A stretch of DNA of 64,000 nucleotides from a virus, in IMG/VR virus record IMGVR_UViG_3300030118_003002, positions 1 to 64,000 of that record, one strand, 5' to 3'. The position numbers and the translations under genes are program-made. A model generated the notes under the pieces. It was not told the DNA's origin. It did no database searches and saw only the letters and a list, made by a program, of their open reading frames with translations. Below, piece after piece: positions 57,559 to 64,000 of the stretch; position 1 is the stretch's first letter, and each line of letters starts with the position of its first letter.

Positions 57559-59072
57559 TCCTCTCTCAAAACTGCTACTTCGGTAGTTAGGAAAAGTTTT
57601 GCTATTGACATAGCCGCAAGGAAACTGTTTCTAGTTACCTTTACAGGGTCAACAATACCCAATTCAAACATATTTCCCACTTCACCTGTCATAGCATTTA
57701 TTGATTCATTTGTTTCTAAAGGAAGATAATGCAAATCATCAACACTACTGTTATCACATAAAGTAATAAACGGTGCAATTAACGATTCATACACTACATG
57801 ATGACCCTTCTTTGCTACATCTAAAGAATCTCTAGCATTAAGAAGTGCCTTACCTCCACCAATAACAATACCTTCGTCAAGTGCTGCTTTAGTAGCATTA
57901 AGCGCATCATCTAATCTTTCTTTAGTTTCACGCATTTCCATTTGTGAAGATGCACCAACTTGAATAGTAGCAATACCGCCATTCAATCTTGCTATCCGCT
58001 TTTTGTATCGCATCTTGTCATACTTGTCATCTGTTGATTCATACAACTCTTTCAATGAAAATACTTTGTGCTTCTTAGAATCTGAATCAGCATTACCTCC
58101 ACCGATGATAACTGTATTATCTTTTGAAATAATTACTCTATCAGCAGTTCCCAATTCATCTAAAGTAGCCATTGAAGGTTCATCTTCGCTTTCTTCGTTA
58201 AACATTTTACCGCCACAAACAGTTACAATATCGTCTAACTCATCTAATTGAGCATCACCGAAGTTTGGTGCTTTTACCACTGCTACTTCAATTGTCTTTT
58301 GAAGAACATTCATAATTACATTACTTAGTGCAGTGCCTTCCATACCACGACAAATGATTACCAATGGTTTCTTATTCTTAGCACATAATTCTAGCAACGG
58401 AAGTATTTCTTGAAAGTGTCTAATGTTCAGGTTAGATGAAAAGATAACGGGATTATCAAAGGTTACTTTGCCGTCTTCTCCATTACACATCATATGACTT
58501 AGATAGCCTTCATCAAACTCTAAACCGCTTCTTGTGACTATTTGTGTTTTATGAGTTTTAGATTCTTCAACAGTGATGATACCATCACGCCCTACCGCAC
58601 TGATAGCCTCTTGAATTAGAGAACCTAACTCATCATCATTATTAGCCGCAATAGTAGCAACATTCAGAATATCATCATCAAGAATAGGTATTGCGTTATC
58701 TATTAGATAAGAAGCAATAATTTCTTGAGCCTCTTGTAATTCATTTTGAAGCACTCTAATGTTATAATTCTCTTGTTTCTGAATATTCTCAACAAGTGCT
58801 TGAGCAATAATACAAGCAGTTGTTGTTCCATCGCCAGAATTATCTTGTGCTTTGCTTGCTAAGTTTTGCACCATTTGGACTCCCATTTGAACATAAGGGT
58901 CATTACTTGATACATACTTAGTAATTGTAACTCCGTCATTAATTATAACAGGAGGATTACCTTGCAAAATAACTGTTTTTGCTTGTGGCCCTAATGTTGG
59001 TTTAACGGTATTTGCTACTAAATCAATTCCTTCTTTCAATTTCTGTTTTACTTCTTCTCCATTAATTATCAT
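57555..59072 (-). CDS. groEL: group I chaperonin (GroEL-like)
   Basis: TLGP, NDGVTI, GDGTTT, GIITVEE, KAPNFGD, ATKAALDEGIVIGGG, GIVDPVKV. Confidence 0.92.
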   Translation of the reverse strand: MIINGEEVKQKLKEGIDLVANTVKPTLGPQAKTVILQGNPPVIINDGVTITKYVSSNDPYVQMGVQMVQNLASKAQDNSGDGTTTACIIAQALVENIQKQENYNIRVLQNELQEAQEIIASYLIDNAIPILDDDILNVATIAANNDDELGSLIQEAISAVGRDGIITVEESKTHKTQIVTRSGLEFDEGYLSHMMCNGEDGKVTFDNPVIFSSNLNIRHFQEILPLLELCAKNKKPLVIICRGMEGTALSNVIMNVLQKTIEVAVVKAPNFGDAQLDELDDIVTVCGGKMFNEESEDEPSMATLDELGTADRVIISKDNTVIIGGGNADSDSKKHKVFSLKELYESTDDKYDKMRYKKRIARLNGGIATIQVGASSQMEMRETKERLDDALNATKAALDEGIVIGGGKALLNARDSLDVAKKGHHVVYESLIAPFITLCDNSSVDDLHYLPLETNESINAMTGEVGNMFELGIVDPVKVTRNSFLAAMSIAKLFLTTEVAVLREE

Positions 59073-59218
59073 TATAATCTCTCCAATCCATAATATCCTT
59101 CTTCTTGAACAGGCATAGCATTAAAGTTAGCCCAGCATTTTTCGCTACAAAAATATCTCCAACCGGTAGCACCAAACGCTTTGTATCTAATTGCACTTTG
59201 TCCACAATTATCACACAT
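59072..59218 (-). CDS. 48-aa TRASH/treble-clef Zn-finger microprotein (not in ORF track)
   Basis: MCDNCG...YFCSEKC; TAATG coupling at both ends. Confidence 0.65.
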   Translation of the reverse strand: MCDNCGQSAIRYKAFGATGWRYFCSEKCWANFNAMPVQEEGYYGLERL

Positions 59219-59433
59219 TATACCACCGCCAAAATAAACTCATAGGGAATAAACAGAATATCGTTCTGCCTTGTATATTCTCTTTTATCATTAAAAAGAA
59301 CAACCTTATCTCTAAGGCTGGTATCAACCTTACAATCTATTACTCTCCCTTGATTAGCGGCTTTAGTCAAAATACCGCTTTCGCTTTTTGTTTCTTCTAT
59401 TTTCACAATTACATATTCTCCTACTGCTTTCAT
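59218..59433 (-). CDS. groES: co-chaperonin (GroES-like)
   Basis: MKAVGEYVIVK...SESGIL...G.V...DKVVLF...ILAVV. Confidence 0.8.
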   Translation of the reverse strand: MKAVGEYVIVKIEETKSESGILTKAANQGRVIDCKVDTSLRDKVVLFNDKREYTRQNDILFIPYEFILAVV

Positions 59434-59609
59434 TCCGCATCACCTAAAGGGGTTATTTCAAATGGCAACTGCCAAATTGTTTTTGTTCTGTTATTTAGCA
59501 AAAACTGAATAGCGTCATATTCATCTTGATGATGTTGACTATTCTCTCTCATAATATCCAAATAACTTATTATTTCATCTAATACTTCTGCCTTTATTTT
59601 TGTATTCAT
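59430..59609 (-). CDS. 59-aa hypothetical protein (not in ORF track)
   Basis: ATGA overlaps at both ends; MNTKIKAEVLDEII. Confidence 0.55.
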   Translation of the reverse strand: MNTKIKAEVLDEIISYLDIMRENSQHHQDEYDAIQFLLNNRTKTIWQLPFEITPLGDAE

Positions 59610-59878
59610 TCTTCTTCACCTTTGAATTTATTATTTCTCGCCACTTGGCAACATACTCTAATTTTCTGTGTTGACTGCAATCCCCAAAAAGAACCTTCAT
59701 CCCAGCCGAACTTAAATTCAACATAATTACATAATTCTCTTCTTGTCATTCTTTGAAAATCATCATCAATCTTAATACCTAAGATTTTATCATTATCTTC
59801 ATACTTTACAAACTTGTCTAATGTAACATAAACAAGACCCATAAACCATATTGTCTTTTTAAGCATCCATTGTATCAT
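59606..59878 (-). CDS. hypothetical protein
   Basis: ATGA coupling. Confidence 0.6.
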   Translation of the reverse strand: MIQWMLKKTIWFMGLVYVTLDKFVKYEDNDKILGIKIDDDFQRMTRRELCNYVEFKFGWDEGSFWGLQSTQKIRVCCQVARNNKFKGEEE

Positions 59879-60189
59879 TCTTCTTCACCACTGATGTTAA
59901 CCCATCCCTTATTCATATCAGCATCAATATATGTCCAAATATGATTCTTATGGAATTCCATTAAGTCTTTGTAAGAATTACCTTTCTTACCCCAATAAAC
60001 TCCCTTCTTTGGATTAGTAGTATTTTTATCATTAGGGTGTTTTGACATATGCCTTCGCTTTCTTTCACTTAGAGTTATTCTAGTGACTGCCTTAGCATCC
60101 GATTCGCCATATTGTGTTTCTTTATTGAACGGCTTTCCTTTGTATTGTCTAATTGCATTATTTCCACTTTTAATTTTTCTAAATCTCAT
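59875..60189 (-). CDS. basic hypothetical protein
   Basis: ATGA coupling. Confidence 0.6.
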   Translation of the reverse strand: MRFRKIKSGNNAIRQYKGKPFNKETQYGESDAKAVTRITLSERKRRHMSKHPNDKNTTNPKKGVYWGKKGNSYKDLMEFHKNHIWTYIDADMNKGWVNISGEEE

Positions 60190-60731
60190 TCTTCTTCATC
60201 TCCTTTTCTAACCCAAACTTGGGTTCTTTCATATTCATGGTTACGGTATATATCTAATAGATAAGGTTCTTTTTGACTCCAAGAACCATAATGCCCATCT
60301 CCACCTAACACATAAGCAGTCTTCATTAATGGTTGCCAAATACTAACTGTTCTAATATCAGTTCCACTGAAATAAGCACTACCGAATGGGTGTGTGTGAA
60401 TCCAGCACTTAATCGGCAATTTCATTCCAACAGGGTCAATTTGAAAATCAACATAACCGGCTGAACCTGACGAAATATGAATAGCATCATTAGAATCAAT
60501 AACAACTTGAACCTCTAAACCATTCAGTATTTCTGTTGAAGCAAACCAAATATGTTCAAATAAATCTTTTATTTCCATACCTTGTTTATAATAAGCATCA
60601 ATATGATTCTCCGCTTCTGCTCTTGCTATTTCTAAATCAGTTTCTAAATCAACCTTACAATCACACTTACCACCATAATATACTAAATTACCACAATCCA
60701 TGCACTGTTCCGCACTCCAATTTTTTCCCAT
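60186..60731 (-). CDS. JAB/MPN+ (JAMM) metallo-isopeptidase
   Basis: E (GLEVQV)...HTHPFGSAYFSGTD = H-x-H-x7-S-x2-D. Confidence 0.85.
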   Translation of the reverse strand: MGKNWSAEQCMDCGNLVYYGGKCDCKVDLETDLEIARAEAENHIDAYYKQGMEIKDLFEHIWFASTEILNGLEVQVVIDSNDAIHISSGSAGYVDFQIDPVGMKLPIKCWIHTHPFGSAYFSGTDIRTVSIWQPLMKTAYVLGGDGHYGSWSQKEPYLLDIYRNHEYERTQVWVRKGDEEE

Positions 60732-61814
60732 TTATTTCATCTCCATTTTCTTTAATTTTCTTTGGGTCTTTGCTAATTTCTTCTCTAACCGCTTTTGCTT
60801 TTTAGCGTTTCTCTTATCTCTCCAACGCTTCCTAAGCGAAGGTTTTCTTTCTGCTAACTTATTAGCCTCTAACTGTTTCTTGATACCTGCGGCCTCCATA
60901 AGCAACGATTTACTTTCAGCATATGTAAAGTCAAAATGCTTCTCGATATGTTTTGCTATTACCCAATATGGGCGACCAAACTTTTCTCTCGCATCATCAA
61001 TTGACATAGAATGCCACATTACCAACGCTTCTAATGATTCATCATATGTCCAAGGTTTGTTAGTATTAGGATATTCAATACTTTCATTATTCAAGCGAGT
61101 CCAATTTTTAGGTAATTTTCTTGTCGCTGACTCAGGTGCTTCGTGAGAGAATAATGTTCTCTCCGTAGGTATTTCATTTTGAAGAGTATATGTGCCATTC
61201 TTTCTAACTGTCTTAATAGAAGGCGTTAGATGTTTTAGGCTTCTTAACCATCTTTCACGACACGCTCTATGTGTTCTATTCAAATTAGGAGGAAAGCCTT
61301 GTTCTCCATCTTTATGTTCATTCATCCAATTAACCAAAAGAGCATCTTCTTTTGGAGTCCAACGGGTTGAATTACCACTGTATAACAAGTTGGTATTATT
61401 CTTCGCTTTAACATTAAAAGATTGAGTCTCTAATAGTGTAGTCTCTAATAGTTTAATCTGCTCATTAGCGGCCTCTTTATCGAATTCGCCACGCTTTGAG
61501 GCTTCTATTAACTCATTTGTTAATTTAGTAATTTCGCTAGTTTTAGCGTCAGGCAGTGTCATAGAAGCAATATACTTGCATTGTTTTCTTGTGGCAGGGT
61601 CACTTCTCCAATCACTTGTTTTAGGTTCATCATCAAAAGATATGTTATATTGATTGATACATCTTCTAATAGTAGCACCATAATTATCCACTGTTCTATC
61701 AGGATAGCCTTCTTTATCCATTTGAGCCTTAATTTCAGGCCAAGTTCTTTTTTCCACTAAACGCAAATATGCGCCTCTCATTATTTGTTCTGTTGTCCAT
61801 TTCTCTCCTTTCAT
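60732..61814 (-). CDS. Myb/SANT-like repeat DNA-binding protein
   Basis: KWTTEQ...RTVDN, RWTPKEDALL...NRTHRACRERW, PWTYDE...FGRP. Confidence 0.7.
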   Translation of the reverse strand: MKGEKWTTEQIMRGAYLRLVEKRTWPEIKAQMDKEGYPDRTVDNYGATIRRCINQYNISFDDEPKTSDWRSDPATRKQCKYIASMTLPDAKTSEITKLTNELIEASKRGEFDKEAANEQIKLLETTLLETQSFNVKAKNNTNLLYSGNSTRWTPKEDALLVNWMNEHKDGEQGFPPNLNRTHRACRERWLRSLKHLTPSIKTVRKNGTYTLQNEIPTERTLFSHEAPESATRKLPKNWTRLNNESIEYPNTNKPWTYDESLEALVMWHSMSIDDAREKFGRPYWVIAKHIEKHFDFTYAESKSLLMEAAGIKKQLEANKLAERKPSLRKRWRDKRNAKKQKRLEKKLAKTQRKLKKMEMK

Positions 61815-61825
61815 TTTTATTCCTC

Positions 61826-62386
61826 CTATACATTAATTACCATAAAGGATTTTACATCTTCTTTGTTAAACCATCTTTGAATCCATTGTGCGCCAATACC
61901 TGCAATAACAACTTGCATGAAATGAACGCCACTATTACTTCCATCCCATGAATCTCCTTGACAAGAAAATGAACCATCTGGCCCTGCTAATAAAGAATCA
62001 TACATTTTAGGGTCTGCATCAGAAGTAACAAAAGCCCCATTACGACCTTGCGCTCTTAAATCCAACCATTTAATATTTGAATTATACAATGTTCTTCTAA
62101 CTGATAAATTATCAACACAACATACAACTAAATCATATCCTTGCATTTGTTTAGCAGTTAGGATAGGAAACTTGCTTGCATTATTAACACTATTATATCG
62201 AGCATTCATCCTACTTACTTTGTGAAAATTAACATCTTCTTCTGTAAAGTTTTGATATGTTAAATTCTTAGTTTCGACCTTATCGGGGTCTGCTACTGAA
62301 ATATCATACATTCCTACTTTATCTAATAGTGGCACTAGGAAACTCCCAATACCACCTACTCCTATAATCAATATTTTTCTTTTCAT
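61826..62386 (-). CDS. ThiF/MoeB/E1-like adenylating enzyme
   Basis: GVGGIGS, DPDKVETKNL..Q, VDNLSVR, C-terminal SC. Confidence 0.85.
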   Translation of the reverse strand: MKRKILIIGVGGIGSFLVPLLDKVGMYDISVADPDKVETKNLTYQNFTEEDVNFHKVSRMNARYNSVNNASKFPILTAKQMQGYDLVVCCVDNLSVRRTLYNSNIKWLDLRAQGRNGAFVTSDADPKMYDSLLAGPDGSFSCQGDSWDGSNSGVHFMQVVIAGIGAQWIQRWFNKEDVKSFMVINV

Positions 62387-63018
62387 TCTAATCTCTCCAA
62401 TTTTGCATTCCATTTTTTATTATAATTATCTATTTCTTCGTTGTATTTGTTTTTGTAGTGGTCTTTAGGCCACCACTTTGGCATTCTTTTTGCCCTCCAT
62501 TCAGCAAACCTCCATTTACCTTGAAGGTAATAGTGTCTGTAACTATTAATTACGAAGTCCCAATCGGGAATCCTGTTATCTTTAACTAATCTATACTTAT
62601 CATCCATAGCAATAGTTACAGGTGTAGCAAACGACCAATTAGAATCTTCATCAATCGTATATGCTATATCTAGTATTCTAGATTGCGAACCATGAACCTT
62701 ACCGTAGCGATAGGTATATTCTTCACATAATGCTTTACCATGTTCATATAACCATCGAGTATTATGAGGGTTCTGTCTAGCCCATATTGTTGAAGGATGA
62801 TTCAACATAGCAGGTTTCATTAGTCTTGAATTAATATCTCTATGAAACTGCTTTACTTGTGCTAAAGTAGGTTCTTCACCATAATGTTCAATGTAGTCAA
62901 AATACAAAACATTTGTATGTAACATTTGACAAGTTTCCGTTGGCATTTTAACTATGTGTTTGTCTAACATTTCTAGTGCCGCTTCTTGCGGATTTCTTGA
63001 TAGTGCAAATATATTCAC
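62383..63018 (-). CDS. pyrimidine-dimer DNA glycosylase (DenV/endonuclease V)-like protein
   Basis: MNIF.L...DKHIVKMPTETCQML...HPSTIWAR...EYTYRYGKVH...YR.YY. Confidence 0.75.
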   Translation of the reverse strand: MNIFALSRNPQEAALEMLDKHIVKMPTETCQMLHTNVLYFDYIEHYGEEPTLAQVKQFHRDINSRLMKPAMLNHPSTIWARQNPHNTRWLYEHGKALCEEYTYRYGKVHGSQSRILDIAYTIDEDSNWSFATPVTIAMDDKYRLVKDNRIPDWDFVINSYRHYYLQGKWRFAEWRAKRMPKWWPKDHYKNKYNEEIDNYNKKWNAKLERLE

Positions 63019-63194
63019 TTAAATTTCCTCCTTGCTTCTTCAAATATATTATAGTGGTCTTTACGACCAGAAATAATTTGCTTTTTGCAATATTCCTTTC
63101 TTTTATTATTAGTAGTCACATAAGTATTTAGAAAATCCTTTTTCCAATATCTATGCTCGCTTGTCGGTATTACATCTCTCATTCTTATTGTCAT
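63015..63194 (-). CDS. 59-aa basic protein (not in ORF track)
   Basis: GGTGAT SD; GTGA overlap with next gene. Confidence 0.5.
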   Translation of the reverse strand: MTIRMRDVIPTSEHRYWKKDFLNTYVTTNNKRKEYCKKQIISGRKDHYNIFEEARRKFK

Positions 63195-64000
63195 TTATAT
63201 CACCATATTCTATTATATCTCGCCCTTTAATTTCGGACATTCTATTAAATCCTAACATTTGGATTAATTTTTTACTTGTCTTTCCTATTGCTGATAAGGA
63301 AATATCTGTGCTTTCAGAAATATCATTCTTAGTTACACCATAATATCTAAACATATTTGTCGCCACCCAGCATACACTTGCGTAATATGCCTTTGATTTA
63401 TGATAACAATGGTCTTCTATGATAGGTTCTAACTTTAACATCAAATCCATAGCATTAGAATAAAACATCACATCATCTGTTATTCTAGAACAGGTCTGCT
63501 TTAACATAAAAGAAGGGTCTGCTCCGTAAAGTATATTCTTACTCTTAAAGTGGTGAATCATTTTACGCACTAATCTATTCACTACTTTAGTTGAACATGA
63601 ATATTCAGAACATAATTCTTTCATAGGAACAGGTGTTCTATTTTCTTTCAGAACATAAAAGACAACAGCAGTGCATCTAGCCTCTAGTTTGATTTTACCA
63701 AACAAACCTTTCTTCTGTGCTTCTAAGTAACATTCCTTAACTCTATCTTTAAGAGGGTGGTTTATTTGAATAGAAGATAGAATCATATTACAGGTCTGCA
63801 AACCAGCAGTAATATGTCTAGGAATAACATTATTGTTTCCTCTCCTATTAAACTTAAATGAACCCTTTCCTGTTATTATAGAACCCAATTCTCCTCTTTC
63901 AGCAGAATGAACAACCTTTCCGTCATCTATCATTCTGACACTTTCTTCAAACAAATCTGTTACGACCACTAATCCGCAATCGCTACATTCTGTTTCTCCT
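63151..64000 (-). CDS. tfb: transcription factor B (TFIIB)-like protein, 5' end outside window
   Basis: Frame open to the edge: GETECSDCGLVV Zn ribbon, then two cyclin-like repeats with HTH. Confidence 0.8.
   Translation of the reverse strand, partial: GETECSDCGLVVVTDLFEESVRMIDDGKVVHSAERGELGSIITGKGSFKFNRRGNNNVIPRHITAGLQTCNMILSSIQINHPLKDRVKECYLEAQKKGLFGKIKLEARCTAVVFYVLKENRTPVPMKELCSEYSCSTKVVNRLVRKMIHHFKSKNILYGADPSFMLKQTCSRITDDVMFYSNAMDLMLKLEPIIEDHCYHKSKAYYASVCWVATNMFRYYGVTKNDISESTDISLSAIGKTSKKLIQMLGFNRMSEIKGRDIIEYGDINDNKNERCNTDKRA

Larger units (their letters stand above)
56318..60198 (-). repeat. dispersed exact 13-mer TGAAGAAGAATGA at five gene junctions
   Basis: Copies at 56318-56330, 56683-56695, 59606-59618, 59875-59887, 60186-60198. 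Confidence 0.8.

Noticed and set aside
1-64000. tRNA, rRNA, CRISPR arrays, transposases, integrase
   Set aside because: None recognised; intergenic gaps are almost all under 60 bp

Overview
AT-rich, almost fully coding 64-kb segment of a large tailed dsDNA archaeal virus. The gene set (archaeal-type PolB, PCNA, RFC, AEP primase, ERCC4 nuclease, TFIIB, two ATP-dependent ligases, chaperonin, HK97-type head genes, GGTGA/GGAGG Shine-Dalgarno sites) best fits a magrovirus infecting Marine Group II Euryarchaeota (Poseidoniales). That assignment rests on gene content, not on a database search. The + strand (1-38350) is the virion module: portal, head-region DNA ligase, prohead protease/scaffold, major capsid protein, a membrane/small-GTPase cluster, neck, tail tube, tape measure and tail fibres. 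The - strand (38415-64000) is the replication/early module. The two converge on terminator hairpins at about 38350-38432. Most notable observations: (1) a recurring W-x-x-[ILV]-L-K peptide at the start of unrelated head-region proteins that resembles the scaffold's C-terminal WSDIHK motif, suggesting a capsid cargo-loading and protease-release system; (2) an Arf-like small GTPase with membrane proteins; (3) an E1(ThiF)+JAB pair; (4) one clear and one possible histone-fold protein; (5) a split PolB with five microgenes between the halves; (6) an exact 13-bp repeat at five gene junctions and a candidate pseudoknotted RNA. No tRNA, rRNA or CRISPR array was seen. All functional calls come from motif recognition by eye.
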